Part shown: positions 52,984 to 64,000 of the stretch, in pieces
Layout of the letters: each line of letters opens with the position of its first letter
Position numbering within the stretch: position 1 is the first letter of the stretch
Assembly (NCBI RefSeq): GCF_009914755.1
Contig: NC_060936.1
DNA: 64,000 nucleotides
Reading direction: 5' to 3' (one strand)
Origin: the human T2T-CHM13v2.0 reference genome, Homo sapiens
Made by a program: the position numbers and the translations under genes
Notes under the pieces: generated by a model
The model's database searches: none
The model's input: the letters and a program-made list of their open reading frames with translations, nothing else
Told to the model about the DNA's origin: nothing

Positions 52984-55900
52984 GATATTTCCTTTTCTAC
53001 ATTTGGCCTAAAAGCGCTTGAAATCTCCACCTGCAAATATCACAAAAAGAGGGTTTCACATCTGCTCTGTCTAAAGGACAGTTCACCTCTGTGAGTTGAA
53101 TAGAGGCAACACAAAGAACTTACTCAGTATTCTTCTTTCTAGCGTTCTATGAAGAAATCCCGTTTCCAACGAAGGCCTCAAAGAGGTCAAATATCTGCTT
53201 GCAGACTTTACAGACAGAGTGTTTCCAAACTACTCTATGAAAAGAAAGCTTAAACTCCTTGAGTTGAATGCACACATCACAAAGTAGTTTCTGAGAATGA
53301 TTCTGTCTAGTTTTTATACGAAGATGTTTCCTTTTCTACATTTGGTCTCAAAGCGATTGAAATCTCCAACTGGAAACTGCACAAATAGGCTGTTTCAAAT
53401 CTGCTCTGTCTAAAGGAAGGTTCAGCTCTGTGTGTTGAATACACACACCACAAATAAGTTACTGAGAATTCTTCTGTCGAACATTACAGGAAGAAATCCC
53501 GTTTCCAACGAAGGCCTCAAAGAGGTCCAAATATCCACTTGCGGACATTACAAACAGTGTGTTTCCCAACTGCTCCATCAAAAGAAAGGTTAAACTCTGT
53601 GAGCTGAACACACACATCAAAAAGAAGTTTCTGTGAATGATTCTGTCTAGATTTTATAAGAAGATGTTTCCTTTTCTACCGTAGGCCTCAAAGCGCTTGA
53701 AATCTCCAGCTGCAAATTCCACAAAAAGGGTGTTTAACATCTGCTCTTCTAAAGGAAAGTTCAACTCTATGAGTTGAATACACACAGCACAAAGAAGTTA
53801 CTGAGACTTCTCCTATCAAACATTATATGAAGAAATCCCGTTTCCAACGAAGGCCTCAAAGAGGTCCAAATGTCTGCTTGCAGACTTTACAGACAGAGTG
53901 TTTCCAAACTGCTCCATCAAAAGAAAGGTTAAACTCCTTGAGTTGAACACACACATCACAAAGTAGTTTCTGTGAATGATTCTGTCTAGTTTTTATACGA
54001 AGATGTTTCCTTTTCTACCTTTGGTCTCAAAGCGATTGAAATCTCCACATGGATACTCCACAAAAAGTGTGTTTCAAATCTGCTCTTTCTGAAGGAAGGT
54101 TCAACTCTGTGAGTTGAATACACACACCACAAATAAGTTACTGAGAATTCTTCTGTGTAACATTATATGAGGAAATCCCGTTTCCAACGAAGGCCTCAAA
54201 GAGGTCCAAATATCCACTTGCAGACTTTACAAAGACAGTGTCTCCAAACTCCTCCATCAAAAGAAAGGTTATACTCTGTGAATTGAACGCACACATCACA
54301 AAGTAGTTTCTGAGAATGATTCTGTCTAGTTTTTATACGAAGATATTTCCTTTTCTACATTTGGCCTAAAAGCGCTTGAAATCTCCACCTGCAAATATCA
54401 CAAAAAGAGGGTTTCACATCTGCTCTGTCTAAAGGACAGTTCACCTCTGTGAGTTGAATAGAGGCAACACAAAGAACTTACTCAGTATTCTTCTTTCTAG
54501 CGTTCTATGAAGAAATCCCGTTTCCAACGAAGGCCTCAAAGAGGTCAAATATCTGCTTGCAGACTTTACAGACAGAGTGTTTCCAAACTACTCTATGAAA
54601 AGAAAGCTTAAACTCCTTGAGTTGAACGCACACATCACAAAGTAGTTTCTGAGAATGATTCTGTCTAGTTTTTATACGAAGATGTTTCCTTTTCTACATT
54701 TGGTCTCAAAGCTCTTGAAATCTCCAACTGGAAACTGCACAAATAGGCTGTTTCAAATCTGCTCTGTCTAAAGGAAGGGTCAACTCTGTGAGTTGAATAC
54801 ACACACCACAAATAAGTTACTGAGAATTCTTCTGTCGAACATTACTTGAAGAAATCCCGTTTCCAACGAAGGCCTCAAAGAGGTCCAAATATCCACTTGC
54901 AGACGTTACAAACAGAGTGTTTCCAAACTGCTCCATCAAAAGAAAGGTTAAACTCTGTGAGCTGAACACACACATCAAAAAGAAGTTTCTGTGAATGATT
55001 CTGTCTAGATTTTATAAGAAGATGTTTCCTTTTCTACCGTAGGCCTCAAAGCGCTTGAAATCTCCAGCTGCAAATTCCACAAAAAGGGTGTTTAACATCT
55101 GCTCTTCTAAAGGAAAGTTCAACTCTATGAGTTGAATACACACAGCACAAAGAAGTTACTGAGACTTCTCCTATCAAACATTATATGAAGAAATCCCGTT
55201 TCCAACGAAGGCCTCAAAGAGGTCCAAATATCTGCTTGCAGACTTTACAGACAGAGTGTTTCCAAACTGCTCCATCAAAAGAAAGGTTAAACTCCTTGAG
55301 TTGAACACACACATAACAAAGTAGTTTCTGTGAATGATTCTGTCTAGTTTTTATACGAAGATGTTTCCTTTTCTACCTTTGGTCTCAAAGCGATTGAAAT
55401 CTCCACATGGAAACTCCACAAAAAGAGTGTTTCAAATCTGCTCTTTCTGAAGGAAGGTTCAACTCTGTGAGTTGAATACACACACCACAAATAAGTTACT
55501 GAGAATTCTTCTGTGTAACATTATATGAGGAAATCCCGTTTCCAACGAAGGCCTCAAAGAGGTCCAAATATCCACTTGCAGACTTTACAAAGACAGTGTC
55601 TCCAAACTCCTCCATCAAAAGAAAGGTTATACTCTGTGAATTGAACGCACACATCACAAAGTAGTTTCTGAGAATGATTCTGTCTAGTTTTTATACGAAG
55701 ATATTTCCTTTTCTACATTTGGCCTAAAAGCGCTTGAAATCTCCACCTGCAAATATCACAAAAAGAGGGTTTCACATCTGCTCTGTCTAAAGGACAGTTC
55801 ACCTCTGTGAGTTGAATAGAGGCAACACAAAGAACTTACTCAGTATTCTTCTTTCTAGCGTTCTATGAAGAAATCCCGTTTCCAACGAAGGCCTCAAAGA

Positions 55901-58900
55901 GGTCAAATATCTGCTTGCAGACTTTACAGACAGAGTGTTTCCAAACTACTCTATGAAAAGAAAGCTTAAACTCCTTGAGTTGAACGCACACATCACAAAG
56001 TAGTTTCTGAGAATGATTCTGTCTAGTTTTTATACGAAGATGTTTCCTTTTCTACATTTGGTCTCAAAGCGATTGAAATCTCCAACTGGAAACTGCACAA
56101 ATAGGCTGTTTCAAATCTGCTCTGTCTAAAGGAAGGTTCAACTCTGTGAGTTGAATACACACACCACAAATAAGTTACTGAGAATTCTTCTGTCGAACAT
56201 TACATGAAGAAATCCCGTTTCCAACGAAGGCCTCAAAGAGGTCCAAATATCCACTTGCAGACGTTACAAACAGAGTGTTTCCAAACTGCTCCATCAAAAG
56301 AAAGGTTAAACTCTGTGAGCTGAACACACACATCAAAAAGAAGTTTCTGTGAATGATTCTGTCTAGATTTTATAAGAAGATGTTTCCTTTTCTACCGTAG
56401 GCCTCAAAGAGCTTGAAATCTCCAGCTGCAAATTCCACAAAAAGGGTGTTTAACATCTGCTCTTCTAAAGGAAAGTTCAACTCTATGAGTTGAATACACA
56501 CAGCACAAAGAAGTTACTGAGACTTCTCCTATCAAACATTATATGAAGAAATCCCGTTTCCAACGAAGGCCTCAAAGAGGTCCAAATATCTGCTTGCAGA
56601 CTTTACAGACAGAGTGTTTCCAAACTGCTCCATCAAAAGAAAGGTTAAACTCCTTGAGTTGAACACACACATCACAAAGTAGTTTCTGTGAATGATTCTG
56701 TCTAGTTTTTATACGAAGATGTTTCCTTTTCTACCTTTGGTCTCAAAGCGATTGAAATCTCCACATGGAAACTCCACAAAAAGAGTGTTTCAAATCTGCT
56801 CTTTCTGAAGGAAGGTTCAACTCTGTGAGTTGAATACACACACCACAAATAAGTTACTGAGAATTCTTCTGTGTAACATTATATGAGGAAATCCCGTTTC
56901 CAACGAAGGCCTCAAAGAGGTCCAAATATCCACTTGCAGACTTTACAAAGACAGTGTCTCCCAACTCCTCCATCAAAAGAAAGGTTATACTCTGTGAATT
57001 GAACGCACACATCACAAAGTAGTTTCTGAGAATGATTCTGTCTAGTTTTTATACGAAGATATTTCCTTTTCTACATTTGGCCTAAAAGCGCTTGAAATCT
57101 CCACCTGCAAATATCACAAAAAGAGGGTTTCACATCTGCTCTGTCTAAAGGACAGTTCACCTCTGTGAGTTGAATAGAGGCAACACAAAGAACTTACTCA
57201 GTATTCTTCTTTCTAGCGTTCTATGAAGAAATCCCGTTTCCAACGAAGGCCTCAAAGAGGTCAAATATCTGCTTGCAGACTTTACAGACAGAGTGTTTCC
57301 AAACTACTCTATGAAAAGAAAGCTTAAACTCCTTGAGTTGAACGCACACATCACAAAGTAGTTTCTGAGAATGATTCTGTCTAGTTTTTATACGAAGATG
57401 TTTCCTTTTCTACATTTGGTCTCAAAGCTCTTGAAATCTCCAACTGGAAACTGCACAAATAGGCTGTTTCAAATCTGCTCTGTCTAAAGGAAGGTTCAAC
57501 TCTGTGAGTTGAATACACACACCACAAATAAGTTACTGAGAATTCTTCTGTCGAACATTACTTGAAGAAATCCCGTTTCCAACGAAGGCCTCAAAGAGGT
57601 CCAAATATCCACTTGCAGACGTTACAAACAGAGTGTTTCCAAACTGCTCCATCAAAAGAAAGGTTAAACTCTGTGAGCTGAACACACACATCAAAAAGAA
57701 GTTTCTGTGAATGATTCTGTCTAGATTTTATAAGAAGATGTTTCCTTTTCTACCGTAGGCCTCAAAGCGCTTGAAATCTCCAGCTGCAAATTCCACAAAA
57801 AGGGTGTTTAACATCTGCTCTTCTAAAGGAAAGTTCAACTCTATGAGTTGAATACACACAGCACAAAGAAGTTACTGAGACTTCTCCTATCAAACATTAT
57901 ATGAAGAAATCCCGTTTCCAACGAAGGCCTCAAAGAGGTCCAAATATCTGCTTGCAGACTTTACAGACAGAGTGTTTCCAAACTGCTCCATCAAAAGAAA
58001 GGTTAAACTCCTTGAGTTGAACACACACATCACAAAGTAGTTTCTGTGAATGATTCTGTCTAGTTTTTATACGAAGATGTTTCCTTTTCTACCTTTGGTC
58101 TCAAAGCGATTGAAATCTCCACATGGAAACTCCACAAAAAGAGTGTTTCAAATCTGCTCTTTCTGAAGGAAGGTTCAACTCTGTGAGTTGAATACACACA
58201 CCACAAATAAGTTACTGAGAATTCTTCTGTGTAACATTATATGAGGAAATCCCGTTTCCAACGAAGGCCTCAAAGAGGTCCAAATATCCACTTGCAGACT
58301 TTACAAAGACAGTGTCTCCAAACTCCTCCATCAAAAGAAAGGTTATACTCTGTGAATTGAACGCACACATCACAAAGTAGTTTCTGAGAATGATTCTGTC
58401 TAGTTTTTATACGAAGATATTTCCTTTTCTACATTTGGCCTAAAAGCGCTTGAAATCTCCACCTGCAAATATCACAAAAAGAGGGTTTCACATCTGCTCT
58501 GTCTAAAGGACAGTTCACCTCTGTGAGTTGAATAGAGGCAACACAAAGAACTTACTCAGTATTCTTCTTTCTAGCGTTCTATGAAGAAATCCCGTTTCCA
58601 ACGAAGGCCTCAAAGAGGTCAAATATCTGCTTGCAGACTTTACAGACAGAGTGTTTCCAAACTACTCTATGAAAAGAAAGCTTAAACTCCTTGAGTTGAA
58701 CGCACACATCACAAAGTAGTTTCTGAGAATGATTCTGTCTAGTTTTTATACGAAGATGTTTCCTTTTCTACATTTGGTCTCAAAGCTCTTGAAATCTCCA
58801 ACTGGAAACTGCACAAATAGGCTGTTTTAAATCTGCTCTGTCTAAAGGAAGGTTCAACTCTGTGAGTTGAATACACACACCACAAATAAGTTACTGAGAA

Positions 58901-61900
58901 TCCTTCTGTCGAACATTACAGGAAGAAATCCCGTTTCCAACGAAGGCCTCAAAGAGGTCCAAATATCCACTTGCGGACATTACAAACAGTGTGTTTCCCA
59001 ACTGCTCCATCAAAAGAAAGGTTAAACTCTGTGAGCTGAACACACACATCAAAAAGAAGTTTCTGTGAATGATTCTGTCTAGATTTTATAAGAAGATGTT
59101 TCCTTTTCTACCGTAGGCCTCAAAGCGCTTGAAATCTCCAGCTGCAAATTCCACAAAAAGGGTGTTTAACATCTGCTCTTCTAAAGGAAAGTTCAACTCT
59201 ATGAGTTGAATACACACAGCACAAAGAAGTTACTGAGACTTCTCCTATCAAACATTATATGAAGAAATCCCGTTTCCAAAGAAGGCCTCAAAGAGGTCCA
59301 AATATCTGCTTGCAGACTTTACAGACAGAGTGTTTCCAAACTGCTCCATCAAAAGAAAGGTTAAACTCCTTGAGTTGAACACACACATCACAAAGTAGTT
59401 TCTGTGAATGATTCTGTCTAGTTTTTATACGAAGATGTTTCCTTTTCTACCTTTGGTCTCAAAGCGATTGAAATCTCCACATGGAAACTCCACAAAAAGA
59501 GTGTTTCAAATCTGCTCTTTCTGAAGGAAGGTTCAACTCTGTGAGTTGAATACACACACCACAAATAAGTTACTGAGAATTCTTCTGTGTAACATTATAT
59601 GAGGAAATCCCGTTTCCAACGAAGGCCTCAAAGAGGTCCAAATATCCACTTGCAGACTTTACAAAGACAGTGTCTCCAAACTCCTCCATCAAAAGAAAGG
59701 TTATACTCTGTGAATTGAACGCACACATCACAAAGTAGTTTCTGAGAATGATTCTGTCTAGTTTTTATACGAAGATATTTCCTTTTCTACATTTGGCCTA
59801 AAAGCGCTTGAAATCTCCACCTGCAAATATCACAAAAAGAGGGTTTCACATCTGCTCTGTCTAAAGGACAGTTCACGTCTGTGAGTTGAATAGAGGCAAC
59901 ACAAAGAACTTACTCAGTATTCTTCTTTCTAGCGTTCTATGAAGAAATCCCGTTTCCAACGAAGGCCTCAAAGAAGTCAAATATCTGCTTGCAGACTTTA
60001 CAGACAGAGTGTTTCCAAACTACTCTATGAAAAGAAAGCTTAAACTCCTTGAGTTGAACGCACACATCACAATGTAGTTTCTGAGAATGATTCTGTCTAG
60101 TTTTTATACGAAGATGTTTCCTTTTCTACATTTGGTCTCAAAGCGATTGAAATCTCCAACTGGAAACTGCACAAATAGGCTGTTTCAAATCTGCTCTGTC
60201 TAAAGGAAGGGTCAGCTCTGTGAGTTGAATACACACACCACAAATAAGTTACTGAGAATTCTTCTGTCGAACATTACAGGAAGAAATCCCGTTTCCAACG
60301 AAGGCCTCAAACAGGTCCAAATATCCACTTGCAGACATTACAAACAGTGTGTTTCCAAACTGCTCCATCAAAAGAAAGGTTAAACTCTGTGAGCTGAACA
60401 CACACATCAAAAAGAAGTTTCTGTGAATGATTCTGTCTAGATTTTATAAGAAGATGTTTCCTTTTCTACCGTAGGCCTCAAAGCGCTTGAAATCTCCAGC
60501 TGCAAATTCCACAAAAAGGGTGTTTAACATCTGCTCTTCTAAAGGAAAGTTCAACTCTATGAGTTGAATACACACAGCACAAAGAAGTTACTGAGACTTC
60601 TCCTATCAAACATTATATGAAGAAATCCCGTTTCCAACGAAGGCCTCAAAGAGGTCCAAATATCTGCTTGCAGACTTTACAGACAGAGTGTTTCCAAACT
60701 GCTCCATCAAAAGAAAGGTTAAACTCCTTGAGTTGAACACACACATCACAAAGTAGTTTCTGTGAATGATTCTGTCTAGTTTTTATACGAAGATGTTTCC
60801 TTTTCTACCTTTGGTCTCAAAGCGATTGAAATCTCCACATGGAAACTCCACCAAAAGAGTGTTTCAAATCTGCTCTTTCTGAAGGAAGGTTCAACTCTGT
60901 GAGTTGAATACACACACCACAAATAAGTTACTGAGAATTCTTCTGTGTAACATTATATGAGGAAATCCCGTTTCCAACGAAGGCCTCAAAGAGGTCCAAA
61001 TATCCACTTGCAGACTTTACAAAGACAGTGTCTCCAAACTCCTCCATCAAAAGAAAGGTTATACTCTGTGAATTGAACGCACACATCACAAAGTAGTTTC
61101 TGAGAATGATTCTGTCCAGTTTTTATACGAAGATATTTCCTTTACTACATTTGGCCTAAAAGCGCTTGAAATCTCCACCTGCAAATACCACAAAAAGAGG
61201 GTTTCACATCTGCTCTGTCTAAAGGACAGTTCACCTCTGTGAGTTGAATAGAGGCAACACAAAGAACTTACTCAGTATTCTTCTTTCTAGCATTCTATGA
61301 AGAAATCCCGTTTCCAACGAAGGCCCCAAAGAGGTCCAAATATCTGCTTGCAGACTTTACAGACAGAGTTTTTCGAAACTGCTCCATCAAAAGAAAGGTT
61401 AAACTCCTTGAGTTGAACACACACATCACAAAGTAGTTTCTGAGAATGATTCTGTCTAGTTTTTATACGAAGATGTTTCCTTTTCTACCTTTGGTCTCAA
61501 AGCGATTGAAATCTCCACATGGAAACTCCACAAAAAGAGTGTTTCAAATCTGCTCTTTGTGAAGGAAGGTTCAACTCTGTGAGTTGAATACACACACCAC
61601 AAATAAGTTACTGAGAATTCTTCTGTGTAACATTATATGAGGAAATCCCGTTTCCAACGAAGGCCTCAAAGAGGTCCAAATATCCACTTGCAGACTTTAC
61701 AAAGACAGTGTCTCCAAACTCCTCCATCAAAAGAAAGGTTATACTCTGTGAATTGAACGCACACATCACAAAGTAGTTTCTGAGAATGATTCTGTCTAGT
61801 TTTTATACAAAGATATTTCCTTTTCTACATTTGGCCTAAAAGCGCTTGAAATCTCCACCTGCAAATATCACAAAAAGAGGGTTTCACATCTGCTCTGTCT

Positions 61901-64000
61901 AAAGGACAGTTCACCTCTGTGAGTTGAATAGAGGCAACACAAAGAACTTACTCAGTATTCTTCTTTCTAGCGTTCTATGAAGAAATCCCGTTTCCAACGA
62001 AGGCCTTAAAGAGGTCAAATATCTGCTTGCAGACTTTACAGACAGAGTGTTTCCAAACTACTCTATGAAAAGAAAGCTTAAACTCCTTGAGTTGAACGCA
62101 CACATCACAAAGTAGTTTCTGAGAATGATTCTGTCTAGTTTTTATACGAAGATGTTTCCTTTTCTACATTTGGTCTCAAAGCGATTGAAATCTCCAACTG
62201 GAAACTGCACAAATAGGGTGTTTCAAATCTGCTCTGTCTAAAGGAAGGTTCAACTCTGTGAGTTGAATACACACACCACAAATAAGTTACTGAGAATTCT
62301 TCTGTCGAACATTACTTGAAGAAATCCCGTTTCCAACGAAGGCCTCAAAGAGGTCCAAATATCCACTTGCAGACGTTACAAACAGAGTGTTTCCAAACTG
62401 CTCCATCAAAAGAAAGGTTAAACTCTGTGAGCTGAACACACACATCAAAAAGAAGTTTCTGTGAATGATTCTGTCTAGATTTTATAAGAAGATGTTTCCT
62501 TTTCTACTGTAGGCCTCAAAGCGCTTGAAATCTCCAGCTGCAAATTCCACAAAAAGGGTGTTTAACATCTGCTCTTCTAAAGGAAAGTTCAACTCTATGA
62601 GTTGAATACACACAGCACAAAGAAGTTACTGAGACTTCTCCTATCAAACATTATATGAAGAAATCCCGTTTCCAACGAAGGCCTCAAAGAGGTCCAAATA
62701 TCTGCTTGCAGACTTTACAGACAGAGTGTTTCCAAACTGCTCCATCAAAAGAAAGGTTAAACTCCTTGAGTTGAACACACACATCACAAAGTAGTTTCTG
62801 TGAATGTTTCTGTCTAGTTTTTATACGAAGATGTTTCCTTTTCTACCTTTGGTCTCAAAGCGATTGAAATCTCCACATGGAAACTCCACAAAAAGAGTGT
62901 TTCAAATCTGCTCTTTCTGAAGGAAGGTTCAACTCTGTGAGTTGAATACACACACCACAAATAAGTTACTGAGAATTCTTCTGTGTAACATTATATGAGG
63001 AAATCCCGTTTCCAACGAAGGCCTCAAAGAGGTCCAAATATCCACTTGCAGACTTTACAAAGACAGTGTCTCCAAACTCCTCCATCAAAAGAAAGGTTAT
63101 ACTCTGTGAATTGAACGCACACATCACAAAGTAGTTTCTGAGAATGATTCTGTCTAGTTTTTATACGAAGATATTTCCTTTTCTACATTTGGCCTAAAAG
63201 CGCTTGAAATCTCCACCTGCAAATATCACAAAAAGAGGGTTTCACATCTGCTCTGTCTAAAGGACAGTTCACCTCTGTGAGTTGAATAGAGGCAACACAA
63301 AGAACTTACTCAGTATTCTTCTTTCTAGCGTTCTATGAAGAAATCCCGTTTCCAACGAAGGCCTCAAAGAGGTCAAATATCTGCTTGCAGACTTTACAGA
63401 CAGAGTGTTTCCAAACTACTCTATGAAAAGAAAGCTTAAACTCCTTGAGTTGAACGCACACATCACAAAGTAGTTTCTGAGAATGATTCTGTCTAGTTTT
63501 TATACGAAGATGTTTCCTTTTCTACATTTGGTCTCAAAGCGATTGAAATCTCCAACTGGAAACTGCACAAATAGGCTGTTTCAAATCTGCTCTGTCTAAA
63601 GGAAGGTTCAACTCTGTGAGTTGAATACACACACCACAAATAAGTTACTGAGAATTCTTCTGTCGAACATTACAGGAAGAAATCCCGTTTCCAACGAAGG
63701 CCTCAAAGAGGTCCAAATATCCACTTGCAGACATTACAAACAGAGTGTTTCCAAACTGCTCCATCAAAAGAAAGGTTAAACTCTGTGAGCTGAACACACA
63801 CATCAAAAAGAAGTTTCTGTGAATGATTCTGTCTAGATTTTATAAGAAGATGTTTCCTTTTCTACCGTAGGCCTCAAAGCGCTTGAAATCTCCAGCTGCA
63901 AATTCCACAAAAAGGGTGTTTAACATCTGCTCTTCTAAAGGAAAGTTCAACTCTATGAGTTGAATACACACAGCACAAAGAAGTTACTGAGACTTCTCCT
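52984..64000 (-). repeat. Run of 1358-bp 8-mers with one 4-mer (61132-61811) and a partial terminal unit (63170-64000)
   Basis: Dimer A returns to gaggtcaaa. Local markers are aaagctcttg (~54708, ~57424, ~58783) and gacgttac (~54902, ~56260, ~57618, ~62372). Confidence 0.88.

Larger units (their letters stand above)
1..64000 (-). repeat. Centromeric alpha-satellite HOR array, SF1 dimeric type with an 8-mer HOR; probably human chr12 D12Z3 (S1C12H1L)
   Basis: Continuous ~170-bp monomers with typical alphoid motifs (reverse complement of ...TTCTCAGAAACT..., GTGATGTGTGCGTTCAACTC...). A CENP-B box position recurs every 339-340 bp. The minus strand reads CTTCGTTGGAAACGGGATTTCTTCATA, the SF1-type context. 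The 8-mer period is 1358/1359 bp with a single HindIII site (AAGCTT 263-268). Alpha-satellite identity is near certain; the chromosome assignment is inferred at about 0.65 confidence. Confidence 0.98.

Noticed and set aside
1-64000. CRISPR-like array (constant aaatcccgtttccaacgaaggcc repeat with intervening sequence)
   Set aside because: The constant motif is the CENP-B box region. The intervening ~320 bp are homologous repeats rather than unique spacers, and there are no cas genes.
1-64000. Alu/L1 or other insertion, inversion, or non-satellite island
   Set aside because: Unit lengths (29x1358 + 7x1359 + 2x1698 + 14x680 + 2x679 + 831) sum exactly to 64,000, leaving no room for foreign sequence. 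All boxes point the same way.
1-64000. A previously undescribed gene-based biological system
   Set aside because: Nothing in the window supports coding or RNA-gene content. All observed structure is explained by alpha-satellite HOR organisation and turnover.

Overview
The whole 64-kb window is one uninterrupted, single-orientation array of highly homogeneous primate, most likely human, centromeric alpha-satellite DNA. It is built from ~339-340-bp dimers (about 169+171 bp) carrying a CENP-B box in every second monomer, read on the - strand. The GGGATTTCTTCATA context of the boxes fits suprachromosomal family 1 (SF1). Four dimer types (here A, B, C, D) form an 8-monomer higher-order repeat (HOR) of 1358/1359 bp with one HindIII, one PvuII and one XbaI site. 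An SF1 8-mer with a single HindIII site best fits the chr12 active array (D12Z3 / S1C12H1L); D10Z1 is the main alternative, and the assignment is inference. Manual parsing gives 36 complete 8-mers, 16 4-mer deletion variants (A'-D), 2 10-mers (A-B-B-C-D) and a partial final unit; these lengths sum exactly to 64,000 bp. I found no credible protein-coding genes, RNA genes, transposon insertions, inversions or CRISPR arrays, and no evidence of a novel gene system. What merits a second look is the array's internal history: nested duplications (offsets 1698, 2038, 2716-2718, 5434, 6792 and 9510 bp), a sharply bounded 1359-bp HOR haplotype block, a single-origin 4-mer whose breakpoint window spans the CENP-B box, and a lineage of mutated CENP-B boxes. 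SNV positions were read by eye and may be incomplete.
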